Shown piece by piece: positions 13,265-22,186 of a stretch of 64,000 nt of DNA. This stretch comes from Candidatus Dormibacteria bacterium (GTDB lineage: Bacteria; Chloroflexota; Dormibacteria; Aeolococcales; Aeolococcaceae). Both the position numbers and the translations under genes were made by a program. The stretch is from positions 138,181 to 202,180 of the forward strand of contig JBOHUD010000064.1 in assembly GCA_050734155.1 (NCBI GenBank), in the 5' to 3' direction. Under the pieces are notes generated by a model, which worked only from the letters and a program-made list of their open reading frames with translations, was not told the origin of the DNA and made no database searches. Position 1 is the first letter of the stretch. Each line of letters starts with the position of its first letter.

Positions 13265-14281
13265 TCAGGCGTACGCGTCGAGAACGGGATCGACGGCGAT
13301 GCCGAGGGTGTCCGGTCCGTGGACCCGCAGCCGGTGCCAGCCGGCGGCCCCGATCATGACCGCGTTGTCGGTGCACAGCGGCAGCGGCGGGATGCTGACC
13401 GCGAGGCCGGAGAGCCGCTGCCGCACCGCAGTGCGAAGCGCCTGGTTGGCGGCCACGCCGCCGACCACCGCGATCCGTTCGGCGCCCACCCGGTCCGCGG
13501 TTGTGGTCAGGATGTGCAGCAACTGGTCGACCACGGCGCTCTGGAACGAGGCGGCGAGGTCGGCGACCACGGTGGCATCGCGGGGGGTGCCGTCGTGGCT
13601 CAACCGCTCGACGCCGAGGTCGCGGACGGTGTAGCGCAGCGCGGTCTTGAGACCGCTGAAGGAGAGCGCTCCCTCCAGCCTGGTGCGCGGCAGCGCAAAC
13701 CTGCCGGGGTCGCCTCCCGCCGCGGCACGCTCCACCGCCGGCCCCCCCGGGTAGCCGAGACCGAGCAGGCGTGCCGCCTTGTCGAACGCCTCGCCAGCGG
13801 CGTCGTCACGCGTCGACGCCAACCGGCGCGCGTCGCCATGTCCGCGCAGCTCCACCACCTCGCTGTGCCCCCCGCTCACCACCAGCGCCAGGTACGGCGG
13901 CTCCAGCTCGAGGTCGCTCACCCAGGCGCTGTACACGTGACCGGCCATGTGCGACACGCCCACGATCGGCAGCCCGCGCGCCACCGCGGCAGCCTGCGCG
14001 TAGAGCACCCCCACGAGCAGGCACCCGGCCAGCCCCGGGCCGCGGGTCACCGCCACGGCGTCGATGGCGTCCCAGCCGCCGTCCAGCCCGCCCAGCGCCT
14101 CCTCCACCACCGGGCCGATGGCCTCCAGGTGGGCGCGGGCGGCCAGGTCGGGAACCACCCCGCCGTGGGGCGCGTGGAGATCGATCTGCGAGGCGACGAC
14201 CCCGCTGATCACCTGCCTGCCCTCGCGCAGCACCGCGGCCGCGGTCTCGTCGCACGAGGTCTCCACCGCGAGCAGGTTCAG
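13265..14281 (-). CDS. tsaD: tRNA N6-adenosine threonylcarbamoyltransferase TsaD (Kae1/YgjD)
   Basis: LLAVETSCDETAAAV..., HxxGH metal site (HMAGHV), Kae1/TsaD family. Start ambiguous: CTG 14281 (CTGA overlap with the rimI stop) or GTG 14266. The ORF-track N-terminal extension is an artefact. Confidence 0.88.
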   Translation of the reverse strand: MNLLAVETSCDETAAAVLREGRQVISGVVASQIDLHAPHGGVVPDLAARAHLEAIGPVVEEALGGLDGGWDAIDAVAVTRGPGLAGCLLVGVLYAQAAAVARGLPIVGVSHMAGHVYSAWVSDLELEPPYLALVVSGGHSEVVELRGHGDARRLASTRDDAAGEAFDKAARLLGLGYPGGPAVERAAAGGDPGRFALPRTRLEGALSFSGLKTALRYTVRDLGVERLSHDGTPRDATVVADLAASFQSAVVDQLLHILTTTADRVGAERIAVVGGVAANQALRTAVRQRLSGLAVSIPPLPLCTDNAVMIGAAGWHRLRVHGPDTLGIAVDPVLDAYA

Positions 14282-14829
14282 AGGGGGTACTCCGCCGCCG
14301 GGGGGCCGCCTATGCCGGCGACGTCGATGCCGGCGAGGATGTCGAGGAAGCGGCGCTTGAACTGGGGCGCGTGGATGCTGTCGCTCCACATGATCACCGC
14401 GTCCTCGCCGTTGTCGGTGTAGTAGCCGCGACGCCGTCCGATCGACTTGAACCCGAACCACTCGTAGAGGCGGATGGCGTGGTCATTGCCGGCGCGCACC
14501 TCCAGGGTCATCCAGCGAGCTCCCCCCTCGTAGCTGCGCTGGATGAGCGCGGCGAAGAGCGTCTTGCCGTAGCCCTTGCCCTGGTCGCGGGCGCGCACCC
14601 CGATGGTGGTGACGTGGGCCTCGTGGACAACCCTCCACAGCCCCGCGTATCCAACCAGCGCGCCATCCTCGCGCAGGACGATGTACGACGCCTGCCGGTT
14701 CTGGGCCAGCTCGGTGGCGTACGCGTTGCGCGGCCAGGGCGACAGGAAGATCTCCCGCTCGATGACCTGGACGGCAGGGATGTCCTCGGGGCGCATGCGC
14801 TCGAGGGCGAGACGCGGAACGACCTGCAT
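14278..14829 (-). CDS. rimI: Ribosomal-protein-alanine N-acetyltransferase RimI (GNAT)
   Basis: 183 aa from ATG 14829. GNAT motifs (RDQGKGYGKTLF); position between tsaB and tsaD as in the conserved t6A cluster. Confidence 0.85.
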   Translation of the reverse strand: MQVVPRLALERMRPEDIPAVQVIEREIFLSPWPRNAYATELAQNRQASYIVLREDGALVGYAGLWRVVHEAHVTTIGVRARDQGKGYGKTLFAALIQRSYEGGARWMTLEVRAGNDHAIRLYEWFGFKSIGRRRGYYTDNGEDAVIMWSDSIHAPQFKRRFLDILAGIDVAGIGGPPAAEYPL

Positions 14830-14834
14830 GACAC

Positions 14835-15467
14835 TCACCGCGGACGGCTGATTGGAAAGCCAAGCGTAGCAGGGCCCAGGGGTTTGTCCCCAGCATGGAT
14901 GGCGCTGAGGCCGCCCATCTCCAGGGCCGGCGCCGCCAGCGCACGCGGCACGGCGGCGGCGAGGGCGCGCACCGCATCGATCAGCTCGGTGTCCAGGCCG
15001 GCGATGCTGGTGGTGGCGAACAGCGGCTGGCTGCGATCGATGCCCGTCGCGGTCACGCGCCACACCGGCGACACCTGCGCGACCTCCACGCCCCGGCGCT
15101 CGAAGCTGGCGACGTACACGCCGCCACGGCCGGCGTCGGCGACGGCCCTGAAGCGGGCGCCGGCAGCGCTGCCGGCGATGGCGGCCACCGCCGCGAGGTT
15201 GCCAAGCCCGTGCAGGGGAACCCGGCGCGCCTGGGCGAGTCCGAGCGCAGCCGCCATGCCGGCGCGCACCCCGCTGTAGGAGCCGGGGCCGGTGAGCACC
15301 ACCACCGCCTCCAGATCGGCGGCGAGGACCTCGGCGACCGCTCCCGGCAGGCAGCGATCCAGCTCGCCGCCGGGCAGCTCGCGGCGCTCGCCGACGGTGC
15401 CGTCTGCGGCGGCGCGCAGCACCCACGCGGAGGCACGCCTGGCGGTGTCGATGGCGATGACGCTCAC
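14835..15467 (-). CDS. tsaB: tRNA threonylcarbamoyladenosine biosynthesis protein TsaB (YeaZ)
   Basis: Starts VSVIAIDTA (GTG). VVVLTGPGSYSGVRAGMAAALGLA matches the TsaB GPGSFTGLRIG motif. ~211 aa. Confidence 0.85.
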   Translation of the reverse strand: MSVIAIDTARRASAWVLRAAADGTVGERRELPGGELDRCLPGAVAEVLAADLEAVVVLTGPGSYSGVRAGMAAALGLAQARRVPLHGLGNLAAVAAIAGSAAGARFRAVADAGRGGVYVASFERRGVEVAQVSPVWRVTATGIDRSQPLFATTSIAGLDTELIDAVRALAAAVPRALAAPALEMGGLSAIHAGDKPLGPATLGFPISRPR

Positions 15468-15958
15468 CGCGCCGTCACGCGCTCCTGCAGTGCGCTCCAC
15501 GCCGCGGCGATGTGCGCGGGCGCCGGCCCGACGAGACGCAGGCTGCGCTGATCGGGGCGGGCGTCGTCGCCTCCGGCCATCGACACCGTGCAGGGCTGGA
15601 GATGGCGGAGATCGGCGTACCCGCCCCACTCCAGGACCGCGGCGCCGTCGAGAAGAAGGGTGTCGAGGTCGAGCACCTCGACGGATGCCCCCGGGCCCAG
15701 ACGGTAGAGGTCGAGATGGTGCACGGTGAGGCGCGCGCCGCGGTGCGGCTGGTGGAGGACGAACGTGGGGCTGCGCACGGCGGCGGCGTCGCCGCCCGCC
15801 CCCTCGACGATGCCGCGCACCAGGCACGTCTTGCCGGCGCCGAGCGGACCGTCGAGCACCAGCACGTCCCCGCGCCGGAGAACGGCACCGAGCGCGGCGC
15901 CGTACATCTCGGTGGTGGCCGGTGCGTGGCTGTGCAGCACCGCGCTGTCCGTGCTCAC
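15464..15958 (-). CDS. tsaE: tRNA t6A biosynthesis ATPase TsaE (YjeE)
   Basis: GDVLVLDGPLGAGKTCLVRGIV Walker A, ~160 aa. GTG start at 15958 overlaps the thiL stop (GTGA); alternative ATG at 15907. Confidence 0.85.
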   Translation of the reverse strand: MSTDSAVLHSHAPATTEMYGAALGAVLRRGDVLVLDGPLGAGKTCLVRGIVEGAGGDAAAVRSPTFVLHQPHRGARLTVHHLDLYRLGPGASVEVLDLDTLLLDGAAVLEWGGYADLRHLQPCTVSMAGGDDARPDQRSLRLVGPAPAHIAAAWSALQERVTAR

Positions 15959-17001
15959 CGGTAGTGCTGCGCCGCGGTGGAGGGCAGGGTCATCTCCATG
16001 CCCGCGCGATGCTCCAGGAGTCGCACTCCCGTGCCCGCCCGGAGCACGCCCGCCTGGCGCAGGGGCGCCAGGTGGGGCGGCCATTCCGAGAGCAGGCGGC
16101 CGGCATCCGCAGCTGTCACCGCGGCCACGAGCTCGAAGTCCTCGCCGCCGCCGAGCGCAAGTTCGAGCCACCCTCGACCAAAACGGCCGGCCAGCTGGGT
16201 GTCCACGGGGAGGCTGTCGGCCCAGAGCTCGATCGCACAGCCGCAGGCGCGCGCCGTGCGGGCGGCGTCGAGAAGCAGCCCGTCGCTGATGTCGCCCCCG
16301 CAGCGGACACCGGCATCGAGGAGGTGGCGCCCCTCGGCCACGCGCATGGTGGGCTCGAGCTGGGCGGCGATCCACCGCTCCTCGACCGGGGTCGCCGGCG
16401 CCCGGCCGTCTCTCAGCAGGCGCAGACCCGCCGCGGCGCGGCCGAGCACGCCGGTCACCAGCAGCGCGTCGCCAGGCCGGCCCGCGGAGCGGCGCAGCGC
16501 CAGGCCGCAGGGGAGCGTGCCGGTGAGACAGACGTCGAGCACCAGGGGGCCGTCGATGGCGCTGACGTCACCCCCGGCCACCGCGCACCCCGCCGCGGCG
16601 GCCGCCTCGCAGAGGCCACGCTGGATCTCGAGGATGTCCTCGAGGTGCTCCGACCCGCGCGCACAGAGCGTGGCCAGGCAGTGCGTGGGCCGGGCACCCG
16701 TCCCGGCCATGTCGGAGACCGCCACCGCGAACGCCCGTCTGCCCAGCTGCCGCGGGGTGATCCAGCTGCGCCGGAAGTCGACGTCCTCGACCAGGCAGTC
16801 GATGCTGACCGCCAGGTCGCTGCCCTGGGGGGCAGCCCAGACGGCGGCATCGTCGCCATGCAGCCCGGCGAGCGCCGGACCGCCGGCGGCCGCGGCGATC
16901 TCCACCAGGCTCTCGAGGAGCGCGCTCTCCCCGACCTCAGCGAGCGTCGGTCCGCCGGCGCCGAAACGCCGCCGCGTTGGGGCCGGAGGGGTCTCGGACA
17001 T
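15955..17001 (-). CDS. thiL: Thiamine-monophosphate kinase ThiL
   Basis: 348 aa AIR-synthase-related fold. GDDAAVW...DLAVSIDCLVEDVDF, AVSDMAGTGARP. Confidence 0.88.
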   Translation of the reverse strand: MSETPPAPTRRRFGAGGPTLAEVGESALLESLVEIAAAAGGPALAGLHGDDAAVWAAPQGSDLAVSIDCLVEDVDFRRSWITPRQLGRRAFAVAVSDMAGTGARPTHCLATLCARGSEHLEDILEIQRGLCEAAAAAGCAVAGGDVSAIDGPLVLDVCLTGTLPCGLALRRSAGRPGDALLVTGVLGRAAAGLRLLRDGRAPATPVEERWIAAQLEPTMRVAEGRHLLDAGVRCGGDISDGLLLDAARTARACGCAIELWADSLPVDTQLAGRFGRGWLELALGGGEDFELVAAVTAADAGRLLSEWPPHLAPLRQAGVLRAGTGVRLLEHRAGMEMTLPSTAAQHYR

Positions 17002-17171
17002 CGCCGTCCTACTCTACGGATTGGCCGTCCGCCACCCGTGGCGAGCGTTTCCGCCAACTCCGTCCGCTGCCGCCCGAGCCTCGCAGCGATCGCCTCGGGA
17101 CGGCAGGGCTGAGCGGGCGCGGTCCCGCTCGGTTGCATTAGGTCCCTCCGAACCTCTATCGTGCCGCCGCG

Positions 17172-18317
17172 TTGCAGGGGCCCGCACCCCGCGCTCGCTT
17201 CATCGGATTCAGGACCTCGTCTACGGGGACCGGAGGGCACCTATTGCGGGGTACGCGAAAGCTTCTCTCGATCGCGGTCGGCTGTGGTGCCCTTCTCAGC
17301 ATCGGCATCACCGCCATCCCCACCGGACAGGCGAACACCACCAAGACCTCCGCCCTGGTGGCCCGACGGGCCCAGCTGCTGGCGCAGCTGGCGGCCCTCC
17401 AACCCGCCAAGAACAGCGCCACCTCAGCTCTGGCTGCGGCGGAGAACGCCTTCGCAGCGGCTCAGGCCAAGCTGCTGGCAGCGCAGACCCAGCTGGCCTC
17501 CCTGAACTCCCGCCTTCTGGCCCTCAATGGCCAGATCACCAGTGATGAGGCGACGATCGTCACGGCCAAGCAGGACCTGGCCACGCTCACCCGCCAGAGC
17601 TACGAGAGCACGACCACCGATTCATGGGTGGCGGCGGTGCTCAGCGCCCGCACCTTCGGCCAGGCGGTGGACCGGCTCGCGGGCACCTCGCACGTGGCGG
17701 AGCAGGTCGGCAAGCTGCAGACCAGCGTGCGCGCCAAGGAGGCCGCGATCATCAGCGAGAAGGCGGAGATCCAGAAGGACGCTGCCATGTCGACCGCCCT
17801 CGAGGGGCAGCTAGCCGCGGACAGCAACGCGCTGCTCATGCTGGTCGACGCCCGCAACGCCGCCCTCCAGGTGGCCAGCGCCCCGGCGCGTGCCATCGAG
17901 GAGCAGATCGCCGAGATCGACCAGGAGCTCGCCGCGGGCAATGCCCCGCCGCAGCGGGGCGGCGGTTCCTCCTGCGCCAACCACTTCGCCTATGGACAGT
18001 GCACCTGGTACGTCGCCAGCCGGCGCTGCATCCCCTGGGTGGGCAACGCCGACCAGTGGTATGGCAACGCCGCCAGGATGGGCTACCCCGAGGGCCACCA
18101 GCCGCAGGTCGGGGCGGTGGTCAGCTTCTGGCCCGGCGGCGACGGCGCCAGCAGCATCGGCCATGTCGGCTACGTCGAGGCGGTGGGGCCGGCGTCGGGC
18201 GTGCCCGCCGGGGAGTTCAAGTTCTCGGAGATGAACTACAACGGGTGGGACCGCGTCGACTATCGCGTTCTTCCCGACAACTCCTCGGGCATCCAGGGGT
18301 TCATCTACTCGAAGTAG
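17172..18317 (+). CDS. Secreted coiled-coil protein with C-terminal CHAP-domain peptidoglycan amidase/peptidase
   Basis: Signal-peptide-like RKLLSIAVGCGALLSIGITAIPTGQA. Long Ala/Gln-rich coiled coil. CHAP catalytic Cys (GQCTWYV) and His (SSIGHVGYVE). The true start may be downstream of 17172. Confidence 0.8.
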   Translation: MQGPAPRARFIGFRTSSTGTGGHLLRGTRKLLSIAVGCGALLSIGITAIPTGQANTTKTSALVARRAQLLAQLAALQPAKNSATSALAAAENAFAAAQAKLLAAQTQLASLNSRLLALNGQITSDEATIVTAKQDLATLTRQSYESTTTDSWVAAVLSARTFGQAVDRLAGTSHVAEQVGKLQTSVRAKEAAIISEKAEIQKDAAMSTALEGQLAADSNALLMLVDARNAALQVASAPARAIEEQIAEIDQELAAGNAPPQRGGGSSCANHFAYGQCTWYVASRRCIPWVGNADQWYGNAARMGYPEGHQPQVGAVVSFWPGGDGASSIGHVGYVEAVGPASGVPAGEFKFSEMNYNGWDRVDYRVLPDNSSGIQGFIYSK

Positions 18318-18335
18318 GCCGGCGAGCGCCCGCGC

Positions 18336-19253
18336 TCACCGGGAGCGCCGGCTCTCCAGGGCCCGACGCGTGCGCTCCTGGGCGGGAGGGAGCTCGTCGA
18401 GCAGATCGCGGGGCAGTACGCCCGCGCGGCCGAGCCGGTCCTGCACCGCCAGCGCCGCCTCGGCGTGGACGAACACGGCCGCCACCGCGGCATCGAACGG
18501 AGCCAGGCCCTGGGCCAGGAACGCCGCCAGCAGCCCGGAGAGCACGTCACCGGTGCCGCCAGTGGCCAGCGCGACCACGCGGAGGTCGCTGAGGTGCACC
18601 GTGCCCGCGGGATCGGCGACGACGGTGTTGCTGCCCTTGAGCACGACCACGGCCCCGCTGGTGGCGGCGTACTCCACGGCGAGCCGGCGGCGCCCGGCCT
18701 GCACCTCGGCGGTGCTGAGCCCGCAGAGGCGGCCCATCTCCGCGGGGTGGGGGGTGAGCACCGCGGGCCCGGAGCACGACCGCCAGTCGAAGTGCCGCGC
18801 CGCGGCGATGTTGAGGCCGTCGGCATCGACCACGACCGGGGCGCGGAGCCCAGGCAGAAGCTCGACGAGGAGCTGCTCGGTGCCCGGGGCGCGGCCCAGG
18901 CCGGGACCGACCACGATCGCCGAGGCGTCGGCCAGGTGCTGGTCGCGCAGCGGGCCCAGCGCCGCCGGGGCCAGCCCTCCGCCGGCGTCGGGCAGGGGGT
19001 GGGCCATGATCTCGAGGGTCTGGGCAGCGACCGCCGGGTGGATCGACGCGGGCACGCAGAGTCGCACCTTGCCCGCGCCCCCGCGCGCCGCCGCCATGGC
19101 GCTCATCAGCGGGGCTCCGCTGAACCCCAGCGCCCCGCCGACGACGGCCACGGTGCCGAAGGTGCCCTTGTGGGCGTCAGCGGGGCGATCTGCGAGACGC
19201 AGGCCGGCGGGCACCTCGGCGAACGTCCTGGGGATGCCGCTGGCGCCGCTCAC
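18336..19253 (-). CDS. nnrD: NAD(P)H-hydrate dehydratase (YjeF C-terminal domain, ADP-dependent)
   Basis: 305 aa. GTFGTVAVVGG, DADGLN, GGTGDVLSGLLAAFLAQG. Start ATG 19253 overlaps the glmS stop (ATGA). Confidence 0.85.
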   Translation of the reverse strand: MSGASGIPRTFAEVPAGLRLADRPADAHKGTFGTVAVVGGALGFSGAPLMSAMAAARGGAGKVRLCVPASIHPAVAAQTLEIMAHPLPDAGGGLAPAALGPLRDQHLADASAIVVGPGLGRAPGTEQLLVELLPGLRAPVVVDADGLNIAAARHFDWRSCSGPAVLTPHPAEMGRLCGLSTAEVQAGRRRLAVEYAATSGAVVVLKGSNTVVADPAGTVHLSDLRVVALATGGTGDVLSGLLAAFLAQGLAPFDAAVAAVFVHAEAALAVQDRLGRAGVLPRDLLDELPPAQERTRRALESRRSR

Positions 19254-21088
19254 TCCACCGTGACCGACTTGGCGAGGTTGCGGGGCTGGTCGACGTCACA
19301 GCCGCGCTCCACCGCCACGTGGTAGGCGAAGAGCTGCAGGGGAACAACGTTGACCAGCGGCGAGATCAGCTCCTCGGTGAGCGGCACCTCGACGAGATCG
19401 CGGACGAAGCCGGCATCGAAAGGATTCTCACCCTCACTGACCAGGGCGATCACCGGGGCGTCGCGCGAGCTGACCTCCTGGATGTTGCTGACCATCTTCG
19501 CCAGCGTGCCCGAGCGCGTGGCCATCGCCACCACCGGCACGTCGGGGTCGAGCAGGGCGATGGGGCCGTGCTTGAGCTCCCCGGCGGCGTACCCCTCGGC
19601 GTGGATGTAGGAGACCTCCTTGAGCTTCAGCGCGCCCTCGAGCGCCACCGGGAAATTGATCCCGCGACCGATGTACATGGCGTTGCGCGTGTGCGCGTAG
19701 CGCTGCGCCATCTCGGCGAGCTGCGGCTCCAGCTGGAGGGCGCGTTCGATCAGCGCCGGGGCCTCCATCATGGCGCTGGTGTGGCGGCGGTGCTCGTCGT
19801 CGGACAGCACCGAGCGGGCCTCCCCGAGGCGAAGGGCGAGGAGCATCCCGCAGGCCATCTGGGTGAGCATCGTCTTGGTGGCGGCGACACAGATCTCCGG
19901 CCCCGACTGCATGTAGACGACGCCTTCGGCCTCCATGGAGAGGGCGCTGCCGACGACGTTGGTGACGGCGACGACCCTGGCCCCCTGGCGCCGCGCCTCG
20001 CGCACCGCGGCGAGGGTGTCGGCGGTCTCTCCCGACTGTGAGAAGGCCACCACCAGGGTGTGCTCATCGAGGAGCGGGTCGCTGTAGCGGAACTCGCTGG
20101 CCGGCTCGACGTCGCAGCGCACCCGCGCCAGGCTCTCGATGGCGTACTTGGTCACCAGCCCCGCGATCCACGCGGAGCCGCACGCCACGATGGTGACCTG
20201 GTGGAGACTGCGCAGATGGGTGTCGTCGAGGAGGATGTCGGGAAGATCGACGAGCCCGCTGTCGTCGATGCGCCCGCGCAACGCGCTGCGCAGCGCCTCG
20301 GGCTGGTCGTGGATCTCCTTGAGCATGAAGTGGGGAAAGCCGTTCTTCTGAGCCTGTTCCGCCTCCCAGGTGACCGCGATGACGCGGGCCTCGACAGCCA
20401 TGCCGTCGAGGCTGGTGATGCTCACCCCGTCGGGTGACGCCGCGGCCAGCTCTCCCTCGCCGAGCAGGACGACACGCTTGGTGTAGGGGATCAGCGCGGT
20501 GATGTCACTGCTGATGAAGATCTCGCCGTCGCCGAGCCCCACCACCAGTGGCGCGTTGAATCGCGCCCCGACGATGCGACCGGGCTCGTCCGCGCTGATC
20601 GCCACCAGCGCGTAGGCGCCGCGGATGCGCTGCAGGGCGGCGCGGACCGCTGCTGCCAGGTCGCCCGTGTGGTTGTGCTCGATGAGGTGGGGCACCACCT
20701 CGGTGTCGGTGTCGCTGCTGAACTCGTGGCCCGCGGCGGCGAGCTCAGCACGCAGCTCGCGGTGGTTCTCGATGATCCCGTTGTGGATGATGTGGATCCG
20801 CCCCGTGCAATCCCGATGGGGATGCGCATTGACGACGGTGGGCCGGCCGTGGGTCGCCCAGCGAGTGTGCCCGATGCCGGTGTGCCCCCGGGGGACGCCG
20901 CTGCGCTCCAGCTGAGTGATGAGGTCGGCCACCTTGAGGTTGCTCTTGGCCACCGCGGTGGCGCCCCCGTCCTCGTCGAGCACCGCGATGCCCGCCGAGT
21001 CGTAGCCTCGGTACTCGAGGCGCTGCAGGCTGTCGAGGAGCACGGGGGCGGCCTGGCGCGGCCCCGAGTAGCCGATGATCCCGCACAT
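19250..21088 (-). CDS. glmS: Glutamine--fructose-6-phosphate aminotransferase (isomerising) GlmS
   Basis: 612 aa. MCGIIGY N-terminal nucleophile, two SIS domains, C-terminal ...KSVTVE. Confidence 0.96.
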   Translation of the reverse strand: MCGIIGYSGPRQAAPVLLDSLQRLEYRGYDSAGIAVLDEDGGATAVAKSNLKVADLITQLERSGVPRGHTGIGHTRWATHGRPTVVNAHPHRDCTGRIHIIHNGIIENHRELRAELAAAGHEFSSDTDTEVVPHLIEHNHTGDLAAAVRAALQRIRGAYALVAISADEPGRIVGARFNAPLVVGLGDGEIFISSDITALIPYTKRVVLLGEGELAAASPDGVSITSLDGMAVEARVIAVTWEAEQAQKNGFPHFMLKEIHDQPEALRSALRGRIDDSGLVDLPDILLDDTHLRSLHQVTIVACGSAWIAGLVTKYAIESLARVRCDVEPASEFRYSDPLLDEHTLVVAFSQSGETADTLAAVREARRQGARVVAVTNVVGSALSMEAEGVVYMQSGPEICVAATKTMLTQMACGMLLALRLGEARSVLSDDEHRRHTSAMMEAPALIERALQLEPQLAEMAQRYAHTRNAMYIGRGINFPVALEGALKLKEVSYIHAEGYAAGELKHGPIALLDPDVPVVAMATRSGTLAKMVSNIQEVSSRDAPVIALVSEGENPFDAGFVRDLVEVPLTEELISPLVNVVPLQLFAYHVAVERGCDVDQPRNLAKSVTVE

Positions 21089-21181
21089 GACAGAGCGTCA
21101 ACGCCTCCTGGAATTCGCTGGTTACTTACGTTTGGCGCGTTCGGCAGGCTCCGCGCGAATCGAGGCCGGCGCCGAACCGGG

Positions 21182-22186
21182 CTAGTGGGTTGGCGACGGT
21201 GTGGGTGACGTTGAGGGTGTGGGCGTCGCGCTCGTAGACGGCTGGGGGATGGCGTTGACGGTGACGCTGACCGTCACCGTGCCCGGGGTGGCGGTGACCC
21301 CGGCGGGCGAGACGATGTGGACAGTGAAGCTCACCGTCCCGGTGACCCCGTTGAGGCTGATGGTGTCGGTGGGGATCGAGTCCAGGGTGTTGAGCAGGTC
21401 CTGGGGCCCGTTGAGCACCACCGTGGGCGGGCTGACGCTCTCCGCTGCCAGGTAGTGCCCTGCCGGCGGCGACCCGGACACCCTGGGCAGCACCGCGCTG
21501 GCACGAGAGGTCAGGCTCGCCGCCACGTCGACGGTGACCAGGACCTCGCCCTGGGGATTGCCGGCCACGGTCAGGCCGAAGCTTCCCAGCGGCTGCCCGT
21601 TGGTGTCGACGAGCTGCACCCTCTGGTTGACCTGGAAGTTGGTCTTCTGGCTGCCCAGGTTGACGGTCACCCGAGCCTCCACGTTGGCGAGCTCGTGGCG
21701 CGGACCGATCACCGTGACGGTGCTCGGGCTGGTGGAGCTGCTCACCACCACGTAGCCCTGGGGCGGGTTGGTGGCGACGTTGACGGTCACCCCCACCTTG
21801 CGGGAATCGAGGCGGTCCACCTCGGCGACCACGCTGGTCGGAGGGCTGTCGAGGATGACGTCGCGATCGTTGTTGATCACCGACACGGCCAGGTTCTGGA
21901 CCCCGGCGTGGGTGATCGCCTTGTAGTCGACGGTCACCGCCAGGTCGGCGGGGTCGAAGGCGTTGAGATGCTCGCGGGTTCCGCTCACCCGGATCACCAG
22001 GGGGGCGATGGCATGAACCAGCACCCAGGGGGCGACCTCGGCATCGCTCTGGGGCACCTTGATGGTCACCGAGCGCGTGTCCGGCGGGTTGCTGGCATAG
22101 GCGACGCCGGCCCACAGCACCGTGGCAAGGGCCGCGGCCAGCCCCTTGAGACGCAGGTTGCGGGTGGCGAAGCCGGGCAGTCTCAT
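21182..22186 (-). CDS. cdaR: CdaR (YbbR-like domain protein, regulator of CdaA) with Ser/Thr/Pro-rich C-terminus
   Basis: 334 aa. N-terminal TM anchor, repeated beta-rich YbbR-like modules (VTVDYK..., VTVNVAT..., VTVNLGS...). Start overlaps the cdaA stop (ATGA at 22183-22186). Confidence 0.75.
   Translation of the reverse strand: MRLPGFATRNLRLKGLAAALATVLWAGVAYASNPPDTRSVTIKVPQSDAEVAPWVLVHAIAPLVIRVSGTREHLNAFDPADLAVTVDYKAITHAGVQNLAVSVINNDRDVILDSPPTSVVAEVDRLDSRKVGVTVNVATNPPQGYVVVSSSTSPSTVTVIGPRHELANVEARVTVNLGSQKTNFQVNQRVQLVDTNGQPLGSFGLTVAGNPQGEVLVTVDVAASLTSRASAVLPRVSGSPPAGHYLAAESVSPPTVVLNGPQDLLNTLDSIPTDTISLNGVTGTVSFTVHIVSPAGVTATPGTVTVSVTVNAIPQPSTSATPTPSTSPTPSPTH

Noticed and set aside
13265-14461. 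398-aa TsaD ORF with N-terminal extension overlapping rimI
   Set aside because: The extension (MVRVQVDRTASRLLHRQRRGRGDH...) is Arg-rich, non-conserved and overlaps rimI. The conserved TsaD sequence begins at LLAVETSCDE.
17002-17171. TPP riboswitch upstream of thiL
   Set aside because: thiL is on the minus strand, and the partial CUGAG/GAACCU resemblance is on the plus strand. The TPP-specific pyrimidine-sensing and pyrophosphate-sensing helices (…GGxUAAUxCC…) are not present. Retained only as a low-confidence ydaO-like candidate in the findings.
21089-21181. Possible glmS ribozyme in the glmS 5' leader
   Set aside because: Only ~93 nt between the cdaR stop and the glmS start, too short for the ~170-nt glmS ribozyme. 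No recognisable conserved core motifs on the minus-strand transcript. glmS ribozymes are essentially restricted to Firmicutes and Deinococcus-Thermus.
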